A DNA stretch of 63,942 nt, the filler included, from Blastocystis sp. subtype 4 (Eukaryota), in the NCBI RefSeq assembly GCF_000743755.1. It is 3 parts of 3 records of this genome, joined end to end, with 100 filler letters (N's around TTAATTAATTAA, not from the genome) between each part and the next. Parts side by side here need not be neighbours in the genome. Positions count along the whole stretch, not along the records: positions 1 to 21,586 come from NW_014569360.1; 2 more parts are not named here. One strand, given 5' to 3'. Under the pieces are notes generated by a model that was given only the letters and a program-made list of their open reading frames with translations, ran no database searches and had not been told where the DNA came from. Below, piece by piece: positions 1 through 10,694 of this stretch (the first letter of the stretch is position 1; each line of letters begins with the position of its first letter). Position numbers and translations under genes: made by a program.

Positions 1-133
1 GAGTCGTCATAAGAGACTTTTGTATGAGAGAATGGAAAAGATTGCCAACAAGAAAGAGAAGAGAGTAGCTTCCTTGAAGAAGAAAGCGAACATGACCAAG
101 GGAGGACTCCAGAAGAAGGAGAACAGTAATTGA
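1..133 (+). CDS. PES1: Pescadillo/Nop7 homolog, 3' end only (copy A)
   Basis: Encodes SRHKRLLYERMEKIANKKEKRVASLKKKANMTKGGLQKKENSN, TGA at 131-133. Nt 1-99 are identical to the reverse complement of 20539-20637 (PES1 copy B). Confidence 0.85.
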   Translation, partial: SRHKRLLYERMEKIANKKEKRVASLKKKANMTKGGLQKKENSN

Positions 134-165
134 TTTAGACTTGTAAACCTTCCATGTTTTTTAAC

Positions 166-1780
166 ATGCTAACACAATGGATCTATAAGTCACTGGAAAG
201 TGAACTACTATCCGATAGTCATACCGAAAGGAATCAAGAACCACAACAAGTGCAGATTCTGGATCATTCGCCGTCTTTGGATTCCTTCTTGCTCAGTGAT
301 GGACAACATTTTATAATGGCTTGCCTGGATAATGATTATGCAACTTTGATGAAGGCAACTTGGGAAAAGGATTGGGCTCTACTCAAATTCGGATTAATTC
401 GTTTGGTAAAGTACCACTTCTTTAGGACGAATATATTCAATGGTATAAATCAGAGTATGAATGTTGAGTGTCTGTAACATAGATGTTGACTGTATTGTGT
501 TGCATATCCTTCAGGTGGGCCTAGAAATAGAGCAATGTGACAATATAATTCTCGCTCCAATTGACATCATGACAACCATAAAGTCGTCTGAACAACTGAA
601 GGCAATGATGTACTCTTATGTCTGTGAAGATATAAACGTATTTGAAGTTGACAAGTTAAGATGTAGAAACCTTGTAGTTGTATGGAATCTGACCTTGCTG
701 CAAATCTTAATAATTGGAAACGAGAAGAAGGAAAAACATCTCAGATGCTTTTGATGGCTGATAACATTCAAAATATGGACTCTTCATATTCCTTGATAAA
801 GCAAGAGGGTCTGATCGAAGGATCTGATAATCTGAAAAGGTCTCAAAAGAGGGATAGTGATAATTCATGTGATCCAAACAAGAATAAGCTTCAAAATGAA
901 CTGCAGAAGCAAAATGAATCAGACAATAATGGAGAATCTCCAAATATATCGACTTCTCAAGATAGCAGTATCCATTCATTAGTATCAACTCCATCTAAGA
1001 AAGTACAGACCGAGTTTCCATCTTCTCTATCACTTCTTCAAGACGATATTCTCTTTGATAGTTCAGAGGAATCAAGCAGTGAAGAATCAATTGAAACCTC
1101 TTTAAGGAAGTGGATTCAGTTATTTTCAGATCCTCTGAATATCAAATTGTTGGATGATTCGAAACTATCACAAATCCAGTTTACACAGAATGTACATTCA
1201 TTGCAAGATTCTCCTGCATCACAAGTATCACAGGAGTTAACTCTCCAACATATTGTCGTTCAGGAACAGGAATCAGACGTGTCTCTTCCTACATCTCATC
1301 ATCAGCTGGATGTTTCAAGGACTCTTTTGCCTTCTCTTATCCATATGCAATCCTCTATAGAATCGTCCCCTGTAGTACTGTCCCAAGACGAGACATCTCA
1401 GGAGCAACCTCTCCAAGAGCAGCCATCTCAACAACAGTCATGTCATGAGCAATTATCTCAACAGCAGCTACCTCTTCAACAGTCCCTTCAAGAGCAATCA
1501 TCTCATCAGTCGTCTCAACAACAACCTTCTCAACAGTCATCTCAAGAGCAATCATCTCTTCAACACCCCCCTCAACAACAATGCTCTCAACAGTTATCTC
1601 AAGAGCAACAACCTCATGTACAACTCCCGATAGCTCACCACAGTCAAGAGGATATGCAGACTTCCTATCCTTCCTATTTCATTAACTTATTCAATTCTCT
1701 AGGAATTCAAGTATCCTCAAGATCACTTCCTAATTTGTAGAGTAATGATGTTGATAATTGGAAGATACGTTGGAATATTT
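166..1780 (+). CDS. TPP1/ACD/Est3-like OB-fold protein with Q/S-rich linker (paralogue A)
   Basis: MLTQWI...VQIL...LLSDGQHFIMACL resembles the TPP1 OB fold (LRPWI...LLVSDGTHSVRCL). Introns at 443 or 455-482, 638-666 and 1711-1740 join the ORFs in frame. Last exon SNDVDNWKIRWNI is followed by T1780, 4 nt before TGTTTGTT, predicting a poly(A)-made UAA. Confidence 0.6.
1390..1625 (+). repeat. Imperfect coding repeats (tctcaacaac/tctcaagagc), Q/S-rich tract
   Basis: QEQPLQEQPSQQQSCHEQLSQQQLPLQQSLQEQSS... visible at DNA and protein level. Confidence 0.8.
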
Positions 1781-1784
1781 ACTC

Positions 1785-1801
1785 TGTTTGTTGAACAAAC
1801 A
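1785..1801. terminator. Bidirectional polyadenylation element TGTTTGTT-G-AACAAACA
   Basis: Inverted repeat between convergent genes; predicts cleavage after 1780 (+) and after 1806 (-, inside the beta-galactosidase TAA). Confidence 0.8.
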
Positions 1802-1804
1802 ATC

Positions 1805-3607
1805 TTAAATAATATCGATTTGAGGTTTCTCATCAAAAGAAATCTTATAGGATCCATCGTGACCCTCGGCTTCAAATAGTACAAGGACATTGTCACCTTC
1901 TTTCAATACAGCGGCAGGAACAAAGAGAGTGAGTTGAGGCCCAACAGTCCAATAACGACCCAAATTATATCCATTCACAAAAGCAACACCCTTCTTAAAT
2001 CCAGAGGGATTCAAATAGGTGTTTGTAGGAGTATCGACGGTAAAATGTGCTCTGTAGAATGTCATAGGTTCACTCTTCAACTCGCTTGTGAAGGCAACAC
2101 CACTAACACTCTTCAAAGGCATTACACACATATCAAAGCCTTCAATTTCCTGACCATCGAGCAACACAGAACCCAAAATACCCTTCTCCTCAAACATCTC
2201 ACCACCAAAGTTGATACGACCCATGTTCTCAACAATGATATCCAACAGACCTGCAGGAATAGCCACTTCATGCTCATGATCTCTCTGAACGATATCCACA
2301 AGTTTCGAATCCACAACAATGTAAGCACGATCATGGACCTTATTTTGGAATGACAGTTTTCCGCCATTTGTAGTAATCTTGTAGTGAACATAACCGTAAT
2401 CTGTATCCAATGCCTCGAAGCTCATAGGCTTGTCTGCACTGATACAACGGCCAGCCACAGAAGGAAGTGTATCAAACAGAGAGACAGACTCTGTGAACTT
2501 CACATCACCGAAACTCTTAGTAGGATCGTTCTCCACAGGCCACTGAGCGATAGGGAAGTACTTGGCAATAGTGTCACGAATGACGGCCCATTTTTCAGTC
2601 ATATCAGCAGCTTCTGTGAGAGGAGCATCATAATCGTAAGAGGTTGGATCAGCCTGGTAACTGTTGTGATCACCATTAGCTCCAGCGAAGAAGTGGTGAT
2701 TGGTTCCTCCATAGTACATATAGAAGTTCACTGATGCATTCACAGCAAGCATCTTGTCCAGAGTATCTGCGATCTGATGGGCATCAACCTTATGATGGCC
2801 CTCTTGCCAGTGATCCAACCATCCAGAATAGAACTCAGAGTTGACCTTAGGACCATTTCCAGCATACTTCATCTGCATGGCCCAAGCATCAGTGGGATCA
2901 CGAACACCGAAATCAACGGTAGGATAGATTTCAGGAGCCAATGCTCCGCACTTCAGAGCATAGTCAGCAGGAGTATCGACAGTGAAATAGACAACCTCGT
3001 CTCCAAGGAGACGACGGTTCAGATCCAGCAACCATCTGAGATAGTCCTTATCACAAGCATCGAAGAATCCATATTCATTCTCAATTTGCACGGAGATGAT
3101 GTTTCCACCATTAATGTAGAGATAGGGACGAAGAAGAGGAAGAAGGACGTTGAAGAAGTCCTCCACATGCTTCTCATAGACAGGATCCGAAGAACGAATC
3201 TTGATACCAGGCTCTCTCACCAACCAGTAAGGAAGACCACCAAAATCCCATTCAGCACAGATATAGGGACCAGGACGGAGAATAACGTACATATTGTACT
3301 TCTGGCAAATCTTCACAAACTGAACAATATCAGCAATTCCCTCAAAGTTAAACTCTCCCTTACGAGGTTCATGAATATTCCAAGCCACATAGGTCTGAAC
3401 AGCATTCAGACCTCCGTTAGCCATCTTCTTGATCGTGTTCTCCCAGTTTACGAAGTCTTTACCAGGTTCTTGGCGGAAATAGTGGAAAGATCCAGAGACA
3501 TAGTTGAATGGCTTGCCGTCCATCTCAAAATGGTCGCCAACAATCTTAAAGGTTCTTGCTGAGAGTGCAATAGCAAAAAGAGCAATAATAAAAACAGATC
3601 TCATCAT
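1805..3607 (-). CDS. Beta-galactosidase, glycoside hydrolase family 35, secreted or lysosomal
   Basis: Intronless 600 aa ORF with a signal peptide; motifs SGSFHYFR, LRPGPYICAEW, QIENEYG, NSEFYSGW, TSYDYDAPL, NLGRYW. Confidence 0.95.
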   Translation of the reverse strand: MMRSVFIIALFAIALSARTFKIVGDHFEMDGKPFNYVSGSFHYFRQEPGKDFVNWENTIKKMANGGLNAVQTYVAWNIHEPRKGEFNFEGIADIVQFVKICQKYNMYVILRPGPYICAEWDFGGLPYWLVREPGIKIRSSDPVYEKHVEDFFNVLLPLLRPYLYINGGNIISVQIENEYGFFDACDKDYLRWLLDLNRRLLGDEVVYFTVDTPADYALKCGALAPEIYPTVDFGVRDPTDAWAMQMKYAGNGPKVNSEFYSGWLDHWQEGHHKVDAHQIADTLDKMLAVNASVNFYMYYGGTNHHFFAGANGDHNSYQADPTSYDYDAPLTEAADMTEKWAVIRDTIAKYFPIAQWPVENDPTKSFGDVKFTESVSLFDTLPSVAGRCISADKPMSFEALDTDYGYVHYKITTNGGKLSFQNKVHDRAYIVVDSKLVDIVQRDHEHEVAIPAGLLDIIVENMGRINFGGEMFEEKGILGSVLLDGQEIEGFDMCVMPLKSVSGVAFTSELKSEPMTFYRAHFTVDTPTNTYLNPSGFKKGVAFVNGYNLGRYWTVGPQLTLFVPAAVLKEGDNVLVLFEAEGHDGSYKISFDEKPQIDII

Positions 3608-3807
3608 AAAGATAAAAGTGGCAAACCCCCAATTTGATTTGTGTTTCCACCCAAATGGAATATATGACCCCTAATCAAGCTGGATAAATTACAGTCATTA
3701 GGCCTGATCCATTAAAACACAATTCGAATTCTCGAAGGTACTTCTATTTAAGTATGATTATTCTGGAGGTAAACTAGTTTGGTAACCAAAAAACAAAATT
3801 GCTGCAA

Positions 3808-6290
3808 TTACATATTGTTACTAAGATAGGTCACATAACGATTTAACAGGTTACTAATTGCCTTTCCACAATGTGTCGAAAAGAGAAGTTTCTCTTGATG
3901 GACAAAAGTGCCGACAAAGACACTAAACGAGTCATCATTAAAGCTCCACGAAGGAAGCGAATCAAAAGGGATCTGACGCTGAATCATCTATGATTATGAG
4001 AACATACAATTTCTACTCGAGTTGCAGAATCAAGGATGAAAACTCCATGCATTCCAAGTGCAAGCAAGCAATGGAGCCCTAAATCTGTTCGTCCAACAGG
4101 CTATATCTCATAAGCACATTATCAAAACCTACATCCACAGGAAACGTGACAAGTCCATATAATTCCCAGCTCATAACATACTCAAGATATGCATTAACAT
4201 ACCATTCTCGAGGCTTTTCCTTCAATTTCGATACGAAAAGCAACAACTTGTTTCGAATCTCCACATATTGAGGTGAATCCTTGCTTACAGCAGGTAAGAA
4301 CAGAGAAAGGCAATAACTAAGGATTTTAAACACATCGAAATCGTACTCAACATCTGAAGAAGGAACTTCAGAATCACCATACTTCGACTTGATAAACAAC
4401 GCCAGAAGTGTGATTCTATCAATATCCGAACATGGATAGGACTGTTTCCACATATCAGAAACAGCCTGAATGAACAGCAATTCTCGCATTGTGGGATCTG
4501 ATTTATCAAAATCTACAAACATTTCTGCGTGATATACAAAATGGCAGGTGGCACATGGATGGTGATTCTTCTTGCATTCATCATAATGTCGTTGCCAGAT
4601 TGCTAACTGATCTAATACTTGAATCTCTTCTTCTAATCTCTCTTCGTCTATGTCTCATTTATCATTCATCCTTACGTTCTCCATCTGTTTCATACATGCA
4701 AAACAATTCTCCATTCTCATTTAAACCCAACAATGAGGCCATTTTGAGATTCAACTCATGTATAGTGGTTCCAGGAACAATTCGGAGAGTAGCATATTCC
4801 TGATTCAGCAAATAAACTCGAATTGCAATCTCTGATGCATTCTATAATAAACCATCAATTCATGAATATACCAAAATTGCACAGATTTCGGTATCTGTTG
4901 GAATTTCCTTTCTCTGCTGCATTACCACTGTTTTTCGCAATAAACGTTCACTAGTTTCAGGAAGAGATTTGAAATTCTTGTTTGTTCTGGAATTACTGAA
5001 GAATGACAGCAAATACGGAATCAACTCCTCCGTTGGACATACAGAACTACACAATACTGCCATAATATTCCATGCATTAAACGCAATTCTTTGAATGAAA
5101 TCAATTGACTACTCTTACAAATCATTCGATCCACGCATTGTCTTCAAAACTTGACAATATATCTCATTTCTCAATGGTTGATAATTCTCCATAACCAAAC
5201 TAACGATATGACGGATGCCATGACTCTGCGTGAGAAGAGTACGTTGTTCCATAGAATTCGCTTCCTTCATTTGTACATATTTCAAAACTTCTCGATTCAA
5301 ATGAACTGCAGCCTGTTTACAACCACTTGCTGCTTTCAATAATGGCATATGAATAGGAATCTACGATAAACATGTCATGACATTCTCACCTCCTTATATG
5401 TCATCACACTCTCTTCTGTTGCTTTGGAATTGAAGATTCCTCTTCGATACAAGATGAAATTTTTCCTTACAAACTTAACATAAGATTCTGAGGCCGAAGA
5501 AAGAATCACAGGCTCTCTATACTCAATCCAATTTCTAATAGCCACTCTCGGTTTACTGGAGATATTTCAGGGTCTGTAATGGGGGTTTTTGACGAGTCAG
5601 GAGTTGTATCTTTGAACACTGCTTTTTGTGTATGATGGACAGTATCATAAAGGTGGTCTTCTGCATTGAGATAAACACGGTTCTCATTGTTTTCTGCGTC
5701 TAAGTGCACGGTGGCACTTCGATAATCCTTCTCAATAACACCGTTTCCCAAAATGATAGCAACACCTCGCTGATTCACAGGAACAATAGTAACATTTTCA
5801 GGTCGTTCCCATTGAGTCACTTGAGTAACATCGTTGAAGTAGAATGTCTTTTTCGTCTTGATATCTTTCACTTCATACCAAATGGATTGATTAGAGCAAG
5901 AACCATCGACATCTTTGGCCTTCTCTTCCTTTTGAAATCTACTTTGGCTACCGATTACAACAGTAGGCATATTTGATTCCTCATTAGCCTCCTCAAGTAC
6001 AACTCCCAACTACCTGATCATATCGGGAGAACACTTACATCTTTCGAATCCAGTGAATTCATCCAGGGATGGGTCTGCCAAATGCTTTGCTTGCTATCTT
6101 CTCGAAGAAAGTTCACAGCATTTAGACTATCCGATCGAGTTGGCATTGATGACGGATTTGCATGGATTTGTAGATTTGGGACAGAAAAGGAGCGTTCTGG
6201 GGCAAACAAATCCTTGCTAGTCTCAGGTGTTGTGATGGACGATCCACGCAGAGGTTTTCTCACTTTTTCATGAGACGGAGTTAAGGACAT
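3808..6290 (-). CDS. WW + MyTH4 + FERM domain protein
   Basis: WW (WYEVKD..KTFYFNDVTQVTQWERP), MyTH4 (LRNEIYCQVLK), FERM-like (LFIQAV..; YLEYVMSWELYG). Multi-exon, TAA at 3808-3810. Confidence 0.75.
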
Positions 6291-6560
6291 CGTCCTGTTG
6301 GATCAATAGAGAATAAGGGAAAAGGATGTGAAACGATTCTTTCCTAGATAATGGAAATGAAGCTCGAAAATCGCTCATCTACGAATAGTGGTACCACCAA
6401 CAAAGATGTCATTTGAATACACATGAACCCTATTTTTATGGAGCTGAAGTAGCTATAACCAGTCTAGACTCTACTTAACGGAAAATACTGCCTTCATGTC
6501 ATCATAAATTCGATTATTGGAATCAATTCTTTAAGCCAAGAGCTACAGAGATTAAGTGAA

Positions 6561-6633
6561 GACTGTATAGTGCAGTGGCTAACACGCTCGCCTGACACGC
6601 GAGAGATCCCGAGTTCGAGCCTCGGTATAGTCA
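6561..6633 (+). tRNA. tRNA-Val (anticodon GAC)
   Basis: Acceptor stem GACTGTA/TATAGTC, anticodon arm CTCGC-CTGACAC-GCGAG, TTCGA T-loop, downstream T-run. Confidence 0.93.
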
Positions 6634-6670
6634 TTTTTCTTTTATTATCATGTTACTCTAAACAAACAAC

Positions 6671-7972
6671 TCAAACACTTCCAGTAAGTAGTGCATCGTT
6701 ATTTCCGTTCTGCATGGAATTTGCCACCGCTTTCTTATAGGCACAACGACGAACACCGAGATACACTCCATAGATCTACAGATTACTCTTCTGAAAGAAT
6801 CCTACAAGCAACTCAAGCAAAATTAATCCTAGCGACACATGAATGAGAATGAAGCACCACATCTTTTCCTCTCTTCGTGTTGGTCCAAAACACTTGGCAT
6901 CGGTCGTATAATCATTGCTACAACTACGTGTGTAAGCAGAAGCAGAAAGGTAGGAATCCTTAGCCGAACGAAGCTGCATGCGAATATCGGTCCTCTTCTC
7001 CTTTCCATAGTGAACTGAATTCCAGTTATTTCCATAATCACAGCCAAGTCCATCTGATGGATACATGGAAAACTCTTTGTTCTGTGGAAGGTTCTGGGCA
7101 CTACAAATGACATAACTCAATTAATACAACTTCTTTGTATCCAAAACCCACTTTCCGTTCGTCTTTACTAAACGGTAGCAAAGGTAATCAGCAAACACTT
7201 GAATTGAACACTCCATGGTATTGAGATTCCAGACTCCGTTCATCTCATCGCAACGCTCTTGACAAGTATCTCTACAATCAACTGAAAGCCAAAATCATAC
7301 ACATGGTGTCTACAACCAAGTTCTCTAGCAGAACGAGTATAGTTCAAAGATCCTGATAGATCTGTCTCCTTTCGGATCACATTCCCCTCGCTATCTTCAA
7401 TTGTGAAGTAGTTTCCTTTCTCCATCCACAAAATATCCTCATCATAATACATGGCCTCTGTGTAGAGACATCCCTCTTTTGGATCTCCCTTCTGGTTACA
7501 TCTGTCTCGAGTTGGATAGAACAATCCACTCTTTGCAGAAATGGCTTTGTAATGAGTCTCACCGGAGGAATCGGTTAAGTTGAATGTCAGATCCATAAAC
7601 TCCTCTCTTCCTTCGTTCACCCAAAGTTGAGCTGCCTCGTTATAACTAGATGGTTATAAATTCTCTTCCATGGATACGATTTAATGTAGCCCGTTCGAGA
7701 GGGTCCGACATAGTATGTGATCACAAAACCAATGATCATTAAAAACGGAATACAGGCCAAGAACTTGGTAAATTCAGCCCAGAAATAACACTTTGTATTG
7801 TTGTACTCTTCTTGAACCATTTCGATTTGATACTTTATACATCTCCAAAAGGCGTTATTTGATTGGCTGAATGTGTGCCGTGTCCAAATCACGTAACAAA
7901 GAAGAGTGAACAGATATCGGCTTGGTTTCTCTTCTGTAGAAACTCAATTTTTCACGTACTGATAATCTCCAT
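6671..7972 (-). CDS. Hypothetical two-TM membrane protein with Cys-containing loop
   Basis: Hydrophobic segments FLACIPFLMIIGFVITYYV and ILIHVSLGLILLELL-IYGVYLG; several ~30 nt introns; TGA 6671-6673 next to AACAAACA 6661-6668. Start is approximate. Confidence 0.55.
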
Positions 7973-8048
7973 TTTCTTACTGTATTTTGGAAAACAGAAA
8001 CTATTATTCTGTTGATGCCAAATAAGTGATGCCGTTTTAGGAACCTTA

Positions 8049-9076
8049 ATGAAAGAATCTAGTCAACTGATTATTGTTTCAGATTCGATCGTTTTTTTGG
8101 CACATTTTGGTATCACCATTTCATTATTCTCAGTTAGTGAGTATATGTCTGACTATTCTGTTGGCTATATAATCGATACCAATACCCTAAGACTATATGG
8201 TCGACTCAGCTTGATGTTACTGAACCAGAGGAATTTCTCATTCAGTATTTGTTCTCATGATGAGCGTTATTCATGTGTATATTTTGATATGGTATCATGA
8301 CATTATAGCTCTTCATTCAGGGTACTTTTCACCAACAGATGGAATGTTTCTGTATAATTAATGATCTGTGCACCATTCCAGTGAATAGAGGTGATGACAA
8401 TGTAGCATTACATCTTTAAATTGAACTGTAGATCTGTGTTCTTTATGTCTACATACCAGCGATGTTGCTGCCTATGCTTATAGGCAGAAATGGGTTTGCC
8501 ATCGATCTTCTTCGCAGATGTATGCTATGTATTCTTAAAATTCATCCTCCTGACAACGTGTATCAAAAACTACAATTAGTTTCATTTATGGGAAACAAGA
8601 ATGAAATTTTCAAAGCATATGAGATATTTCTTCTACGAATATTGTGTCTAATCCCATCATCGGGATGGGTCTACCATGACTCGCATCGGATGAAATTCCT
8701 TTGTGATCAAGTAAATCCACACTTTATCTTTGGAAGCAGTGAAGTCTTCACTTCTGCTTTAGAAGCTGGATGGAGTCTCGTACCACCGATAGAACAGCCA
8801 CGTACAATCAACCCTTTTCAAATACTTCCAAAGATTTTGCTAGAAGACAGTTATGCTGGAGCAACATTTGTTCTTCCAAATGCACAGATTGGTAGTATTA
8901 TCGGGCCTCATGGATCTGTTATTACTTTTATAAGATCAACTAGTTCGGCCGAAATAACTATAGAAAAGGTGTATGAAAGAAGTTCTAGCAGAGTGATTAC
9001 TTTAAGAGGTTCTCTCCAACAAGTTTGTATTGCTATGTCCTTAATATCAAAACGACTAAAACAGAACTTCTATTAG
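8049..9076 (+). CDS. KH-domain RNA-binding protein
   Basis: IGSIIGPHGSVITFIRSTSSAEITI and LIGRNGFAI are GxxG KH motifs; 5' exon structure uncertain. Confidence 0.7.
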
Positions 9077-9273
9077 TTTGATCTTGAACACTCTCCTTCG
9101 TCCTTTTCGGAATCGCAGTATCTTTAAGCTGTTAGTAATAATATGTTTGTTGATATTGCAGATACGAATATTCTGTGGACAAAATTGATTGTGTTTTTGG
9201 TTATTACGGGGAAACCATAGAAACGTAGTAACCTTTCAATCTTTTGTTGAGAGAGGTTGCTGGGAGTTTTTTT

Positions 9274-10669
9274 ATGCAGCAAAACGTGGAGCTGAAGACT
9301 ATGGATATGGCTGGGACTAGTAGTCAACCGGACTCTAAGCCTGTTGACACATCTGTTAAGGAGGAAGAAAAGATCGAGGAGGTGGGAACACAGGCAACCC
9401 CCGAGTGGAAGGGTGTAGGAACATTTGCTGGGGCTACCTTTAATTCCACTGTGGTTAACATCATCAACACCATTATTGGCGCAGGTGTTCTTTCGATTGC
9501 TTACAGTATTATGAAAGCTGGAATTCTTGGATCGATCTTGATGATTATTGTCATTTTTGTTCCTTCTGTCTTTACTGCCTACTATTTGTCAGTTACTAGT
9601 ATTTACACAAATGAAGCTATCTACGGAAGTGTGGGTACGAAGTTGTGTAATAAGCTTATTGGTGGATTGTCCGATTTTTCGCTCATTCTACTTGACTTTG
9701 GTATCGATGTGGCCTATATGAGCGTCTTGTTTAATCAGGTCATTGATATTTTGAGGGAGCTATTTGGCTGGGATCTCTCCAGTCATAAATCCCTTGTAAG
9801 TACAATTGTTTCACTTGTCATTCTTTTCCCCTTAGTCTCAATTAAGACAATGGATGCATTGAAGTTCACCTCTACTGTTGCTATTATCTGTGTCATCATT
9901 TTCGTTATTGCCTGTATCTTCATGGGTATCAAAGGATTTCAAGAAAGAGGTTGGGATCTGTACTTATGGCCACGTCAGGCGCAAGATATGAGTACTGCTT
10001 TTGCTGTCTTTGTATTGTGCTTCTGTTCTCATGTAAATGCCTCAAAGATCACTAGTGAGTTACATTACCCTGAGAAGTCAAAGTTCAAGAACAAGGCCTT
10101 GAAGATGCTGAAAGCTACATTTGTTGCTTACATATTCTGTGCCTTTGCTTATTTCTTTGTCGGTATTTGTGGTTATATGGCCTTTGGAAACCAGATTGAA
10201 GGATCAATTTTGGATGCAATGCGTAATATGAACGTGTGGTACAGGCCTGTTATTCGTGTTGGATATGGTCTAGTTGTCATGTTTTCTTATCCTCTTCTTG
10301 GATTCCCTGCTTGTTGTACCATTGACTCGTGGATTTTCAAGACAGAACGTTCTCTCACTCGTCGTTTGGTGGAGGGCTTGATTTGGGTGATTCTTACACT
10401 TATTGTGTGTTTACTGATTCCGTCACTATCTGATATCTTTGGTGTGACAGGTTCTTTCTGTGGTGTCCTTCTTACGTTCATCTGGCCTTCTGTCTACTTC
10501 ATTGCTATGTGCAATAAGGAGAGAAAGAAGCCTGTAGAGAACCGCATCAAGTGGCTTAGGATACGACCATGGGAGGAAGTAGTTGCTTGGATTATTCTTG
10601 TTGTGGGAGTAATTGCGTGCGTTTACGCTACTTACCTGGAGATTATGAATCTAGTAGCCAAGTTTTCGT
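9274..10669 (+). CDS. Amino acid/auxin permease (SLC38-like) transporter
   Basis: NIINTIIGAGVLSIAY motif, about 11 TM segments, intronless. Start ATG 9274 or 9301. Predicted poly(A)-made stop at T10669 (TGTTTGTT 10674-10681); the genomic TGA is at 10681-10683. Confidence 0.9.
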
Positions 10670-10673
10670 TTTC

Positions 10674-10690
10674 TGTTTGTTGAACAAAGA
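10674..10690. terminator. Bidirectional polyadenylation element TGTTTGTT-G-AACAAAGA
   Basis: Between the convergent transporter and PreP genes; both predicted cleavage points fall on the first T of an in-frame codon. Confidence 0.75.
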
Positions 10691-10694
10691 GAAC

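Noticed and set aside
1390..1625. Repeat array as CRISPR-like or satellite DNA
   Set aside because: In-frame Q/S-rich coding repeats with no constant repeat and unique spacer structure.
1934..3562. Long plus-strand ORFs antisense to beta-galactosidase (also 62254-63168, 48092-48622, 20487-21023)
   Set aside because: Shadow ORFs of real genes with no recognisable motifs.
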